A stretch of DNA of 64,000 nt, from contig CM082586.2 of the NCBI GenBank assembly GCA_040954595.2, forward strand, positions 4,533,125-4,597,124, in the 5' to 3' direction. Of the stretch, positions 14,301 through 28,786 are shown piece after piece. Every line of letters begins with the position of its first letter. Position 1 is the first letter of the stretch. The DNA is from Balanoglossus misakiensis (taxonomy: Eukaryota > Animalia > Hemichordata). The translations under genes and the position numbers were made by a program. The notes under the pieces were generated by a model that ran no database searches, had not been told where the DNA came from, and saw only the letters and a list, made by a program, of their open reading frames with translations.

Positions 14301-14791
14301 GTTCTTTTTTATCAAACCAAGCATTTTTGTCTGGCTCACAATGATTGTTGGTTTTATTAGACAGGACTGAAATAATACACCAAGGCTATCTTGTCATCTT
14401 TGTATTAGTGAGGCATCTGATTCATGGACAGTATAAATCATATTACATGGAAAGACATCCATTCAGCCGATATGCTTGTATATGGCACTGTCAACACACT
14501 TAGCATGTTAACCCCTTTGCCATAATGGTTCAGTCCAAACCCATTGTTTTCTCCAGTATTAAAGGTTGTCAAAAACTTACCTGTGGGGATGTCTTTCATT
14601 TTAGGGTAACAGAATTCCTTTCTAAATCTGGCGAGGGGATCTTCACGGTCCATCTGCACGGCAAACTCTAAGTCCATCACATCGCACCCAAACTCTAGCG
14701 CCTTTTCAAGAAGTATTTCCCTTGGGTGAGAGTCACTGTCCACGTGTAGTTTCTTCTTCGGAAGGTTACTCAGGTCTGGTTGGTCCGTCAT
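10415..14791 (-). CDS. KYNU: Kynureninase (PLP-dependent), ~13 coding exons
   Basis: [60 protein letters not shown]|YLNSGAGG (PLP lysine motif), [59 protein letters not shown]; ATG at 14791, TAA at 10415-10417. Confidence 0.96.
11295..11392. repeat. (TGAT)n/(TGAC)n tetranucleotide microsatellite in a KYNU intron
   Basis: gattgattgactgactgactgattgattgatt... read directly. Confidence 0.9.
12281..12373. mobile_element. ~85-bp piggyBac-type MITE (TTAA target duplication, CCC...GGG termini)
   Basis: TTAA-CCCTTTCAC ... GTGGAAGGG-TTAA; related partial or degenerate copies at ~11632-11680, ~12088-12150, ~14508-14555 and ~52368-52458. Confidence 0.7.
12838..12975. repeat. (CAATA)n pentanucleotide microsatellite in a KYNU intron
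   Basis: ~27 near-perfect units with one CAACA variant; source of the spurious CIVLY/NTIQY ORFs. Confidence 0.97.
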
Positions 14792-15889
14792 TTTCAGGTC
14801 TAGATTAACAGAAAAGATGGGCAAACTTAACAAAGTGCCAGTGCCTTGTACCAATTAAAGCAACTGCAAGACTTAATTCACACCCCTTGTCCCAATCGTA
14901 CACAAATGGTACAACAATAACCAGGGCTATTACAGTCTCTTTTATAGGAAGCTAGATAATTGATTTGCATTTAAAAGGCCTCAGGCCCATATGTAAATGA
15001 GGTATAGAAATGGGTTTTACACAGGTACATGTATACGTATTGTACATAGCTCCAACACAGAGAAACTCGGTAATCCTTCCTGGGTTAACCCTATTATATA
15101 AGTAGGGAGGAGGCTTTACTTATTCTTCGAGTATACACACGGTAGTGGTGTAGTGCCTAGGAGTTGTAATTGTGTGCCACATGTCTTAGTGATCTCCCCC
15201 TTCTACTTCTATAGAGTGAAAAACAACATAAATATGAACTTAAGTGGCAAGCATGTACGTTTCTGAAAACTAAAAAGTAAACAGTTAACGTTACATGTAT
15301 TTCTCACTTTACAATAGCCCTGGTTAACCATTTTATGATACGGTCTCTGAACATTTAGAACATTTGGTCACTAGCAACCGAAAAGATGATCAACTGACTG
15401 TACATAGGTTAAATTTCACAATACCTAGAAATGTAGAAAATAGATCACACTCCCAACATGTTGAGAGTCTTGCTGGTACATGCAGGAACTATAAATTTAA
15501 TGCACTGCAAAACACGCCGATAACACAAAGTAAGGTCAGAAAAGTGTCACACACACCACAAGATCAGCTGACATTGGTGATAAATTTTGATAGCATTAAA
15601 AGATAAACTGTTCTGACTTGTACATTGTACCCGAGGGTTTTAATAATGAGCATTATTATTGTTGTCAAACTTAATGTGAACCCAATTTTCAATAACAATC
15701 AGGCAGTCCACTGACAAAAGTTTGTCTTTGTTACCCTCCCCCCTCCCACATCACAGCAATTGTAACCATGGAAACAGCCAGCATGACGTAATAGGCTACA
15801 CTGACTGCGCCTCCAACGGTAAAACACTGCCACGAAGTTTCGAGTTACTTACAGATTATTCAAAATAATAAAACTACATGTATAACCTC

Positions 15890-16224
15890 CTAACCTTGCA
15901 CATATTTCTCAAATGTGAACACGCACAAACGGTCCTGTTCGGATTTTTACTCCTGGCTGTGCCTCAGCTGGCTTTAGTTTGAGGTGGCTTGGGAAGGTCA
16001 AAGTTCAAATGTACTTCATAATGCAATACTTATGGTTGTGATAACAATTTTGTGTGGTTGTAAACCTTATTAAATTATTGATAAAAATAAGTAAACTAAA
16101 TCAAATTTAAGCTATCAATTCAATCGATTACTCTGTATTTTGTTGCGGTTTGTATAAAAAGTATTCATAACCCACGGCATGAAATATATTCCGTGAGTGA
16201 GGATGGATATTTCAAAATGGCGGC
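15890..16224. promoter_or_regulatory. Putative bidirectional promoter KYNU/FAF2, including the probable KYNU non-coding first exon
   Basis: - strand donor AAG|GTTAG near 15894; DR1 AGGTCA-A-AGTTCA 15995-16007; YY1-like AAAATGGCGGC overlapping the FAF2 ATG at 16217. Confidence 0.55.
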
Positions 16225-19200
16225 GGAGCAAGGGGAAGCAGATCTGTCGCAAGAGCAAACAGAGAATTTGCTTCAATTCCAGGTACGTTTGACTATTTTA
16301 ATACACATAACTTTCAACGTGGGCGTCTTTCTAGGTGACTGACTCATTTGTAATGAATTCTGCAGTTTTCTTGCGTATATCAGTGAATTAAAACGAGAGT
16401 TGTATTGCAGCCGGATTCAAGATTGCGAATGTTGTGATGCCTGGCTCGTCATTGTGACCGAGCAATATGATGACTCATTGAGAAATTTATCAATAGTTTA
16501 CCATTTAGACCGGTTTAAATAAAATCCCATTTGATAAAATTATAGTTAATCTCTTGGAATGCTTAATGTGTTATTTAGACCCCAAATCTTGTCATCATAT
16601 AATTCCATTTCATCTGTCGTGGCTGTAGTGATAGAGTGATTGTGAAATTGGGTCAACGTAACACGCAGTGCACAGACCTGACCTACAGACTTTTATTCGC
16701 TTTAATACACAGCTCACAGGTCGTAAATAACGGGGTATTACATTGTCACTTCAGGTCCATCATCAGTGCTTCTGTCTAAACATTCCTCTCAATGTGTGCT
16801 CATAGGATAGGTTTGGGTTGGTGTTATTGCTGGGTTGTTTTACTGAGCTGTGATCAGTACTGGTCATTTACAAAAAGCGAAGGATATGTCCCAAAGATAC
16901 AACAGCAGGAGAACAGACTAGTGAAGGAGATAATCATGACAGCACATCATCATGCTCTGTAGAGTGCAACATAAGTGATAGTGCCTTAATTCAGGGTTTG
17001 ATTTTGCACACTTTGCTAGGATTTGACTGGTATTGAAGACATGCAAGAATGCAGACAAGTCCTGGAAACACATAATTGGAACATGGAGGTAAGTGATGGT
17101 GTCATTCAGGAACAGCCATTATCGGCATGTGTAACTTGCACAATACAGTGGTCGCATGATTATTGGCCCCATTCTGTAGTCATATTACTAAAAGTCATAT
17201 TACTATTTCAGTTGGACAAATTCAAGAGATACATGTATGTAACATGATAGTATGCATGTTCTATTCTATAACTAATGAATAGCAGCGTACATGATGTGTG
17301 TGTGTCCCTGTTGTTTGAAACTCCAGGCAGCTGTCCATGACACGCTGAATGAAGCAGAAGGTTCAATGCCAGTATTTCGAGAACCAGAGCCACCACCCAG
17401 GCCGAGCTTACGACCACCCACAGTGGATCTTCAACCGCGAGATCAAAGGTGGGCGTGCACAGTGTTCTATCAAAGATTTCTGGGACTGGCAACTATAGAT
17501 ACTTGTTACGTTGATGAGTTAATATAATTTCTGTCGTATATAGACACGTACACTATTGCACATACAATATTAGCTCATGTTAGTTTTATTTTTTATTTTT
17601 CTTCACCACACAGGGTTTACACCATTGCTAGACGACACCCAATGAACTGGCTGCAATGGGGTTACATGCTTATATCCCTGCCTTTCCGTTTTGTATACAC
17701 AACAATATTAGATATATTTAGATTTACATTAAGACTGTTCAGGGCAGACCCCCGCAGAACCGTAACCGACCCCGTCGGTGATGTGATGTCATTCATACAA
17801 ACCTATGAAGAGTCGTACGGACCCCTCCACCCCACCTTTTACCAAGGAACATATGGTCAGGTAAAATAATACTTGTTTAAATTTACCATTCCAATGGGTA
17901 TGATTGAAGCTGTTATGCCTTGCTTCAAGAAGTCTTTGACCTACAGTACAGATCCAAACTAAATTTCAAACTGTGTCAGCTTTGGGCAAACCCAAGCCAC
18001 TTATTTCTCGAAAGGGACCTTAGATAAAACTCTGTTTACATGTATTCACAGGATCTTGAGTTTGTTTCAGTAATACATGTACTTGTTATGTATGATTTTA
18101 CAGGCTTTAAATGATGCGAAACTAGAACTGAAATTTTTACTAGTATATCTGCATGATAGTAATCATGTTGACACCGATGAATTTTGTAGGTAAGTAGATA
18201 TCAATTTCAAAAGTTATAGGTGCAAAGTAATAAACACTGAAACGGCTTTGTGTATTTGACTGTGCTTTTGAAAATACACATTCATTCTGGTGCTTTATCA
18301 ACACTTGATTGATTGATTGATTGAATGATTGTTCATCAATATGTCTCCTTGTTTGCAGGAATACACTAGGTAACAATGATGTTTGTGAGTTTATTAACAC
18401 CCAAATGTTATTTTGGGCTGCGTCAATTAGTACACCAGAAGGATATAGAGGTTAGTATATCTGTATTCTGCTCACATCGGGGTTTGTAGGTAACAATTAG
18501 GGTGGGTCCAGTTTAATTACTTGACATTACTGGTAGTTCACCGTTGTCTGACTCTGTTCAGTTTTGACTGTTCTGTTCTCTCTATTTTCACTTTTCAGTG
18601 TCGTTAACCCTCCGCGGTAGCATTTATCCCTTCCTAGCTTTCATAGTTTTAAGAGACACTAAAATGACGGTGGTTGCCAGGATACAGGGCCCCATCTCCG
18701 GAGAAGATCTTATAGAAAGACTCGGGCAGCTCATGGAGGACAACGAGGGCTCCCTGGCCGCCACTCGAATGGACAGAGAAGTCAGGAACAATACGCACAT
18801 ACTGAGACAAGAGCAAGACGCTGCCTATCTAGAATCACTTCGAGCTGACGAAGAAAAGGTCAGTTTGGTGGTGGTGGAGGAGGTGATAATGATGAGTAGT
18901 ATAGAGAATTATGATAAAAATAATGATACTACCAGTGCTAATATTATCAGCATCTGATGCCCTTAGAACCAAAACATCACATGATTATATACTACACAGT
19001 ATTTTTTTCTCGTCCGTTGGAAGAATATTAACATCTCCTTTCATGGATGTTGGAGTGCTTACATACTCCGTTTTCATTGCAAATCAGGAAAGGAAAAAAC
19101 AGGAAGAAAGGGACCGGCAGCAGAGAGAAGAAGACGAGAAACAGAGAAAAGTAGACGAGAAAAAACGGCAACAAGAGGTAAACAGGAATCAGTTTGATTT

Positions 19201-19760
19201 AATGCAACCATTTCCATTCAACTTCTGTTCCTCTTTCACTTGTTGCCATGATACAAGTTTCAATGTCATGACAGGCAGGTGTCTTGCAACATTTATCATT
19301 CTTCCAGGAACTGAAACAATTAAAAATTACCAAGGCACAGAATCTGCCCAGTGAACCGGACTGCGATGATCCTGATGTGGTGAAACTTGTGTTGAAATTC
19401 CCCAATGGTACAAGAATAGAGAGACGATTTCTCAACTCAGAGTCCTTGCAGGTAAATTGAATTGTTTTGTCAACTGCTTTTGGGGCGCTCTTTTGACACC
19501 AAAACCTTAACCGTTTGCCATTGTGCAAGTGTCTGATCAGTGTCATCCAATTTCAGGTACTCTACGACTACGTGTTTTGCAACGAGAACGCGCCGGACGA
19601 GTTCCACATCGTCACCAACTTCCCCCGGAAAGTGCTGTCCTGCGACGTGTCGGGCGACGACGACAACGGCCGACCTCTGACCCTCAGCGCTGCCGGCCTC
19701 GGGAAAACCGAGATGTTGTTTGTGCAAGACATAGCAGATGATGACGAGGAGGAATCATAG
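16217..19760 (+). CDS. FAF2: FAS-associated factor 2 (UBXD8/ETEA; UBA-hairpin-UAS-coiled coil-UBX p97 adaptor), 10 exons
   Basis: Spliced product MAAEQGEADLSQEQTENLLQFQDLTGIEDMQECRQVLETHNWNMEAAV...WGYMLISLPFRF...HPTFYQGTYGQALNDAKLELKFLLVYLH...LRQEQDAAYLESLRADEEK...KFPNGTRIERRF...IVTNFPRKVL...LFVQD, matching FAF2 architecture. Confidence 0.96.
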
Positions 19761-20929
19761 TCAACACTACTCTCTTGTTTTTTTTCAAGTTTTTATTACA
19801 ACCACGTTAATTTATAGTTTTCAGAAATTCTTCTAATGGAAACTTTGTACAAAGTTTAATTTGGCCACCAGCATACAGTGCTAGATGCAAGAACTGAAAA
19901 CTGAATTCACTTTTAGATAGTCTTTGTTGTGTTACAATTTATAATAAATTGTATCATTTTTACAACTTAACTGATGTGGACCATGTTTCCTGCCAACACA
20001 AGTATGATAAAAATCTAGCAGTCTTTACAGTTACACACTACTGTACTCAGAGTTATTATATTACAGCTTGTAAAGAAATTGGAAAATGGACCATACCTGT
20101 ATTTAAACCTGTAAGTTATTGGCATTTTTTGAGCACTGGCAAGCATTTTGAAAGAAGTTTTGGATATTATTACGGAGACAGGACCACAAATAGTGATGTT
20201 TGCTCCACAGGGATTTGCATTACTGGATTATTTCAAACCAACCCTACTTCACACATTTTCACTCGCCCCTCCTGTCATTCGGACATTGGGTATCCCTGAA
20301 TACATGGGATTCCTCTTAAAGCAACTCTTGCTTCTAACATTCATGTGTCAGAACAATCTCAGGTGATGTATTTGCTTGTCATAATGTATACGCGTATGAT
20401 TAATATGTTTTTAATTAGATTTTTTTTACCCTGTTGCAAATTGCCATACATTTAACATGTTAATTTTTGTTGCATTGTCACAAACTTAGGTGATCACTCT
20501 TGGTTTGACTTTCATATCCCTACTTTAAAGTTTGTGGTTACAATTGTTTACATGTATGTTGGACAGGAGTTGTATTAAAGAGGCATTAACTTCATACATG
20601 TACCTTTCCTTTAAAAAAAGCACATACTGCAAAGTGCAATGATTGCTTGAATAACTCTGGTTATACCACGGCCTTTAAGAAAAAAATGAGAAAAATAAAA
20701 TGCCAGTCTTTTGTGTTCATCTTGAGTCCTGTCGTTTTTGTCTTAAAGTGACGATCATTTTCCAACTGTAAACCATTTCTGTTGACTGAGATATGTGCAA
20801 AATTTCATGGAAATTACAGCTGAAGATCAAAGGCATCGCCAAAGTTGCGCTTACAGTATAGTTGTGCTGAAGAAAATGTTAGCAAGACTAGTCTATAGAC
20901 TGCAGGCTGATGCGCGTGTGAAAAAGTTT

Positions 20930-21078
20930 ATGTTCAACGCTGAGGGCGCTATGCATTGACCTTTGACCCTTGTACAGGTTGGTCGTTGTACGATTTCATC
21001 ACAGGACAACTTCCGTATTTTATTCGCAGCTGAAAATATTGACGTTCATATGATATAATGATATACTAGGGCTCGGCC
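20930..21078 (+). promoter_or_regulatory. Putative GMCL1 proximal promoter
   Basis: TGAGGGCGCT 20941-20950, DR1 TGACCT-T-TGACCC 20957-20969 and ETS-like ACTTCCG ~21009, just upstream of the ATG at 21079. Confidence 0.45.
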
Positions 21079-24000
21079 ATGGGCAATTATACTTCAGGGT
21101 GGACATCGAACAAACCTCCTGTGGCTAAAAAGAGGCCCCGTGAAGAGGTTGAAAGTGATGATGACTCGGAACCAGAATACTTAAAAACTCCCAAAAGGTA
21201 CGTTGACGTACATGTAATATACACAACTACAGTACAAGTTCGACAACATGTACACTCACTTGAATAGAACTTGAATAATTCATGATCAATATCAATCACT
21301 TTTTTTCCATAGGAAGAAACTTCAAACAACCTCTGATTACATTTTTCAAACACTGTTTATAAATGGACAAAATAGTGATGTCATCATCAGAGCTCTTGGC
21401 CAAAACTGGGCATTACACAAAGTTTACCTGTGTCAGGTATGTGTCTAGTTGTAAATTAATGTTCATATTTCAGATAAACAAAAGTCCACCTCATTTTTGT
21501 TGCCATTATAAGTGACATAATTTATAAGAGACAGAATTTCAGAATCTCATAATGAAGAGATAAACAAATATGTCTTATACTGGTATACATGATAATGTTT
21601 GCTTTGATATTTTTGTCAACAGTCTGGTTATTTTGCCAGTATGTTCAGTGGATCATGGAAGGAATCTGATGAGTCGATAATTTCAATCAACATTCCCGAT
21701 GATAAGATTGATAGAGAAGGTAATGAACTCATCTTGTCTTCAGTATTTAAGTTAGTGCTCACCTTGAGGGTAGATAGCATTATGCAGAATTAACCTGTAC
21801 TGTATAAGAAATTTTTAAGGATAACATTGCACATGCATCATGGACAGTAAAGCATGTATCACCATGTTTTTCAGCTTCTAAATAATACATTGCTATTTCT
21901 CTTGCAGCGTTAACTGTTGTCCTCGGTTCTCTGTACAGAGACAATGTGCTGATTATTCCGTCTAAAGTTATTTCCATCCTTGCAGCTGCTACATTGTTTC
22001 AGTTGGTAAGTCTCAATTATAGATCAGTGTCACAAAATAGCACACATCATAACACAGGCAATACAAGAGTATAATTAGAGAGTTGGTAAAATCTTTGGAC
22101 ACAAAAAAGTATTGCTTGGCCTCACAAACATCACTTTCATTCATAAGCTCTGATCGCAATAAAAGTTACAATACCGGAAAGAATTTGTGGATAAAATGCC
22201 AAACTTGATGCCGGTTATTGATTTCGGTATTTTTGTGTATTTTACAGGATGGTTTGATACACCAGTGTGCTGATATCATGAGAGAAACGATGAGGTAAGA
22301 TTGTTGTGATACATGAACTTGTCGGCCACAGTGTTCAAAGCTGGTTTTCTTAGAGTTGAAAATGTGCAAATCTTATTTCAATTTCTCAGTGCGAAGACTG
22401 TATGTTCTTACCATGACGCTGCAACATCATACGGTCTGACACAAGAAGTTACAAAGTAAGTCAGTTATTTTTCTGTCATTCCAATGCAGTCAACACAACT
22501 ACAATATAAATCTGACAATCATTCAACAGATGTTTGACGAACAGCCAATCGTTTTCTTGATCAACAAGCTTTTATATTCTTTTACAGTTGCCTAGAATGG
22601 TTGGAAAGGAATCTGATGTTGGCACAGAGTGTATCTTTACTCAGGGAAATTAGGTAAGTTTATGACCTGCCAAGCCATACTACTAGAGGGTTAAAGCCCC
22701 AATAGGTGCCATTTTTTGCATATTTTTCTTGATCTTGCTTTTAAACTTAGAGTGGTCAATTTCAATGTCCCAGGCCCCTGGGCATAAATCTTTAGTGTCT
22801 GGCAATTTCCATAGTCCACTAATGACAAAAAAATATGTCTGTTCTCAACAGTACAGAGGTAATGGAAATATTGGTCATGTCACCCAATTTGTTTGTACTA
22901 CAAGTGGAAATGGATGTATACACTTTGACCAAGAAGGTATGTAGTTGTATAAATAAATCTCTGATACACAGAACCAATGATCAGAATTTCTCACTTTGTG
23001 TCTAGGTTGTCACAGCACGTGATTTTAAAGTCAAACACATGTTTATTTTCACAGTGGGTTTTCCTGAAATTAACTCCATCTTGGAGTGGAAGCCTGAGAC
23101 AGCTATCTCAAGATTCAGACGCATTCTTCAGAAGTTTTGGTAAGTGGAAGAGTTTCTCTATTACATGTACTAACATTTGTGAATTTTGTACTGTGATAAA
23201 ATGCAGTGTAATTTTGTCTGAAATAAAAGTGGTAACAGTGGTTAAATTTGCAACGGTGACTGTGTACCTTTAATCTGCATATTTTGCTGACCGTAAATTA
23301 TCTGCAGTTCTAATATAGGGTGAAAGTTATTCTGACAGCTGTGGGCAGAACTCATCAGACATTTTTCTCTCTCCCTTTGTCAGAACCTGGCGAACTTCTT
23401 CTGTCAGACAGGGGCAAGCCCTTCATCAAAGTGTTCAGTGGAGTCAGGTATCAACATGTCATCAATGATTTCAATTCAACCAAACTGCTTGACAGGGATA
23501 AAATCATACCTCAAGGTGAGTTTTCAAAGATTCAAGATTCGATTGAATGTCTCCACCAGGCCATCGGATGTGTTTCAGAATGCCTATACTTGCATAAGTG
23601 CCCATTCTGTGTGTATTTCTTCAGTAGTCTGAGTGTGCGGCACTCTGATTACTGTTCCAGCAGGGACTGTGTCATTACCGATGACTTCCTTTTTTTCCAG
23701 AGTGGCTGCTGCCCATCTTCAAGCGTCAGTGGCAGACCATGTTAGCTGTGGAACTGGGAACGGATACAGGGTAAGTCTCTCACACCTGTCGCACAATGGA
23801 ATAACCCGTATCCCAGCAGGCTGGTGAACCGGTCACCTGAACATTGCAGGAATCTTCCAAGCTGAAATGGGGTTCCTGTAAATTTATGAGTTCTGTTCAT
23901 TGATGTATCAAAGCCAATTTTGGTTGTCCATCTGATGGTATTTGTATAACTTTTGCTTGACAGACCAACAGATACGTCCATGTCACTAGAAACACTCGGT

Positions 24001-25283
24001 AAACACGGAATGAGGTGTGGAAGGGTTATCAAGAAAGATGGTGATGTGAGTATCACGTGGAAAACAAACTTGATTACTGCATTTGTATTTGCATGTCAGA
24101 ATGCATTCCCAAAAGCTATGAGTTAGTTGCTTTCTGATTGGATGAGCAGATGGAAAACTGAGCTATCCATTTTTATTGGTTCAATTTTGTAGTACTGCTG
24201 GCGATGGACTGGTTACAACTACGGCTTAGATCTCCTGATTATGTTTTCCAATAGGTAAGCATGTGTGAAATTCCAGTGTGTGTAGAGGTCTCGTCTTGTT
24301 AAAGCTGACTTTTTTAGGTTCATTCATTTGGTATTTGGCTCCAAAAGTGCACATGAGTTCTGCATGCTGTTCTTTCAAAGAAGATGCTCAACGCTGACAC
24401 TGGTCTCCATTTTTACTTTCCAGATTAATAATTTGCAAGAGGAACTCCTTTAGTCATCCAGTGGCCAATTCTGTCAGTCTGGCCCACAAGAGAAATGTTG
24501 TTTTCAGGTATTAAATGGAGAGCATTGGTTAAAGCCCTTATACTCAGCTGAGAGATATCATTTTGAAATTGTAGCGATTCTAATACCCTTAAGCACACAC
24601 CACAATAATTGTGGACAACTGTATAAATGAGAGTGGCACCGATTACAATTTAAGTAATTGTTATGTTGTGTCTCCCAACAGAGTCTCTGTCATATCCTAT
24701 GATAGCATGGGTCATACCAAGTATGAGAAATCAAGTGGACTCTTCAGAGTGAGTCTGTTGAAAGACCAGGTGAGAAATCATATTTTTTTATATAAAAATT
24801 ACTGATTGTCAGCTCTAAATAGACAAGGAAATGAGAGGAAAGTGCTATAGCCCCTCCACACTCACTTCACTGAAGTCCGCCCTCTATGTTTCATACTAAA
24901 TTCATATTGCCTAGCCATGCGGTAATTCTTTAAAACGAGAAATTTTCGCGAACAATAAATTATCGTGAACTTCAAGGGAGCCAGTTTTCTTTGTTTAATC
25001 TTTGTTTTGCATATTCTTCATTGTTGTAACAAACAGTAAATTATCCTAGAGTCTGCATTGATTTTTCTGCCCCCAGGAGCTGATCGTAATGGGTATCGAG
25101 AGACAAGTGGCATTTCCCCTACAGATCAGTTTCAACGTGGCCGTCACCACGCCAGAAGATGGAGATCCAGTCTGTCTTTCGATACCACCGGAAGTCTTCA
25201 GTTGCCGTGACAATCCAGAGGAAGACGTCACAAATCGGGATGACGCCAGCGAGGAATCAGGAACCAGTGAAGTTCCACTATAG
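21079..25283 (+). CDS. GMCL1: Germ cell-less protein-like (BTB/BACK CUL3 substrate adaptor), ~16 exons
   Basis: MGNYTS (myristoylation-type N-terminus) and basic NLS; KKLQTTSDYIFQTLFINGQNSDVIIRALGQNWALHKVYLCQ|SGYFASMFSGSWKES; GSLYRDNVLIIPSKVISILAAATLFQL; SPNLFVLQVEMDVYTLTKK|WVFLKLTPSWSGSLRQL; MRCGRVIKKDGD|YCWRWTGYNYGLDL. Confidence 0.95.
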
Positions 25284-26527
25284 GGAAAACATGAGAACAT
25301 TTACACTAATTTATTTGTACAGAGAGGGTTAATATGTGAATGAGCTGGTCTCTCTTTTGTCCGGAATCCAATTCCTGTGAAACGAAGACTGATGTGAAGA
25401 TCCAACACTGCAGGGTTTTCCACAAGAGTGACAGTACTGTTTCAGTTGAAAGTCAAGTTCAAACATGGCTCTCTCTTTTGCTGATAGCCAATTTTAGTCT
25501 CCATGGATGTAGTCTAGGTCTGAGAGAAAGAAAGTGTGTGTCTGTATGCTTGTCTGTCTGTCTGTCTGTGTGTGAGTGCTCTTGGAATATACATGTAAAA
25601 TTAAAAAAGCTAGCTCCCCTTTTTGAGTCAAAACAAAATGTTTTCTTCAGGTTGTAGTAGCTTGGCCAATTAATATCTCTTTTGAATGTCCTCTGAGGCA
25701 AGAATAATCTATGTTATTCAAGACTTTCAAAATCCCAAGTTTCAGAACAACATTTCATGAACGTGTTCCATGCGTCAACACCTATCCCAGACATTTCTCT
25801 TTGAAGTATTAAAACCGTGCAGGACAGTGCGATGAACTATGAAATTGCATTGTGGCCCACTTGCCGAATACATAGTGATAAACTTTCGCACGAAGTCCCT
25901 TTAACTAGCCAAATTAACCAACGGTGGTCTTAAAAAAACAGCTTCGCGTGTCTTCAAAACTCCTTTCATATACCCTTGTTACGACCACGGCGCCTTCCCA
26001 AATGAGCTCTTTCGGAAATGTGGGGTGATGCTGTTAGCGGTACACGGGACTGTTTCCACGGAGACGAATGTGCGAAGAGTCTAATTGCGTTTCGACACCT
26101 ACTTCCCACCACTTTTCACGTACTCGGCAAAAAAAGTGTTAGTGTCGACAGAATGTCGATCTTCCCCCAGCGTCCTTCGAGGAATTGCATGTCACCTTGT
26201 CGGTGCCTTCAATGCAAGATTTTAGCGTTTTTCACGGCTCTGGGAATTCGTTTTTCCGTCGCCGTTCTGATCTGAGTGCATATCAGTATTTCCTCAAGTG
26301 AAACATGTATGAGACACAACACAACTCAGTACAACACAGCACACTGTAGAACGACCTCAATTTATCTGACAATCCAATAAGAGTGTGTTAATTGTGTCAT
26401 TTCCTCTCCCTTGTCAAGACATCGCCACAGTCTATTTGGTCTGCCCGGCCTCATTGAACGAGTAATGATACGCTGTGGGTGATGAGGCACGTAGAACACA
26501 GAGCGCTCAACTGCCTGTTTGCCACCA

Positions 26528-26598
26528 TATCGTAAAAGTAGTCCCACAAGTGATTTAGCTATGCCATCGTATCGTAAAGTAGTCCCACAAGTGATTTC
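26528..26598. repeat. Short tandem duplication (~28 bp x2)
   Basis: atcgtaaa(a)gtagtcccacaagtgattt occurs at ~26529 and ~26571. Confidence 0.8.
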
Positions 26599-28786
26599 AA
26601 ATGGAGCTGCTTGGGTACTGCATGTGATTTAATGTGCTGGTTATAACAAACCGTGTTTTGTCTCAGGATAACTCAATCAGAGATGTCCGGGGGATCTTTT
26701 AGTTACTGGAAGAAGTCAGTGGGCTAATTAGCTTCGCGTGCACAATTTAAGTAGATATTAATTCTCAGTTGGGAATTCACCGAAGAAAATAATGATGCGA
26801 GATTACTTCTCTATCCATTGGCTTCTGTCTGCCCATTATATGACTTGTTCTTCACAAACATCACTCGGTCAAGTCGAGGGGGAGCCTCTGTGTATTGTTT
26901 GCAACTTTATTGCACATTTAAAAAACCGGAGAAAATCCGATAAAAATCACACTTCAATTGTAAATACTTGTATCGATACAAATGTGAGCAAAAGATACAA
27001 GCAGTAAAACACGTGACAATTCCGGCCACATTAAATAGGGTTTTACTTCGTGCTAGGGGGTCATCATACTATAATAATTGTATTCTGGGTAAAAGGTCGA
27101 CAATTCTCTGAAGTAAGAGTTTGAAGAAATAACCAAGTGTCACTTTAGCTTCTGAACTTTCATTTCTTAAACATGGCAAGAAATCGGCCATCTTGAAATA
27201 TGAGATTTTCGTCAGGTAGCAAAACACCCATTTAAGGTAGCCAGAATTAAATACTGCGTCTAAAAAGACACTCTGTATAATTTGACGTCACGTTGCCTGA
27301 AGCGAGGCAGGCGACGTCATACAATCTCCGCAGAACATCGTCATCGACGAGGAGTTAACATTTTTGAGGAGTAATTTACGAAGTGTTGATTCAAATTGAA
27401 TCTGACAACCGACAGAATATAACTGTCGAAAAAGAAATACAATTTCCAAGTCACTCTTAAATTTGTCATGGCGACAGCCATATTTAAAACGGAGGCAGAA
27501 ACGGAAACGTACATTAGGACAGATTCCATCTGTATGATTGATTGACTAATATTTCATCCCTTTATCGTTCCTCGCAGAAGACAGGTAATTACGGGCGTAA
27601 CACAAGACATCGACATAAACGCAACTCACGAAAGCATATGAGTGAACGTTTTTTGAAAAGCATTCAGAGCACTACGTTTCCATGGAAACGGGAACACTGC
27701 GTCAAATATGTCTGCAGCTACACTGATCATGAACATAACATTGGCTGCGAAGTCGGGTTTTGGCAACTCCATTGATATGTGTTGGAAACCACGAGGCAAG
27801 CATTTTGAGATAGGCATGCTAACGATAACTACAGCAGCAGCGTCATTTATTTTGTGGTCAGCGACCTCGAAATCAAGTATAAAATTCATTTTTTAAATTA
27901 ACGGTAGAATAGGTCTCGGGGACAGATATTCCAAACCTTTCAATTCTTTGCAATATTAAAGTGTGTGAGGAGTCTTTTTCAAATTAGAAAAGAAAATATC
28001 GTATTCATCGTCTTATTTTCATTAAAACCCTTTCTCCGTTGAGTTAACTCAGAGATTGGCGACCAGTTTGAATTTCAAATTTGAGATTAATATTTGGCTC
28101 TCTCATTCAAAACTTTGCACGATGACCCATAATTTTTATTCTCTTTTTCAAGACAGAATGTTGTCTCGAGCGAAATATTTCAAGATGTAAAATGCTGTCC
28201 GTTGACTCGCGGATTCCTTTGACAATTATAATGTTATTCTGCTGTTAAAGAAAGGCGTCGAGACACAGTATAGGGAGAATGGAGTCGCGTCTTTACAAGT
28301 GCCAGTCACGCACTTGAAGAAAGATCGTTGCTTTTTTGTTTCTTCAGTGTCAATACAGGGGTCAATGCCAACGTGTCGATGATTCTCTTGAAAAGCATGG
28401 ATGACGTTTGACACACTGCAAGCAACGATCAATAACACATTGTATGTTGTGCAGACTCAGTTCAAAGTACGTACTTGAATCAACACGGATGTTCAGACAA
28501 CCGGAGAATATTAATTGGCGCGGCCTTTAAAGCTCCAGCAGATGCAATTTTTTGCATTATTTTTTTTTTATTTGTTTCAACATAAAAGTGGTTCATCTGT
28601 CAAGTATACACACATATATCATCAACCTCTGTGGCTGTAGATGTAAAAATAATAAAAAAGTGCTGCACTTTTTTATTCAGTCAGCCATATTGAAGTTCCG
28701 TCGACTGCATGTTTTATCACTCACCTAGGTAGCAAATACCTATTTAAGGTAGTGAGAATTGGGCAATTTCCTTTAAAGATGTCGAG

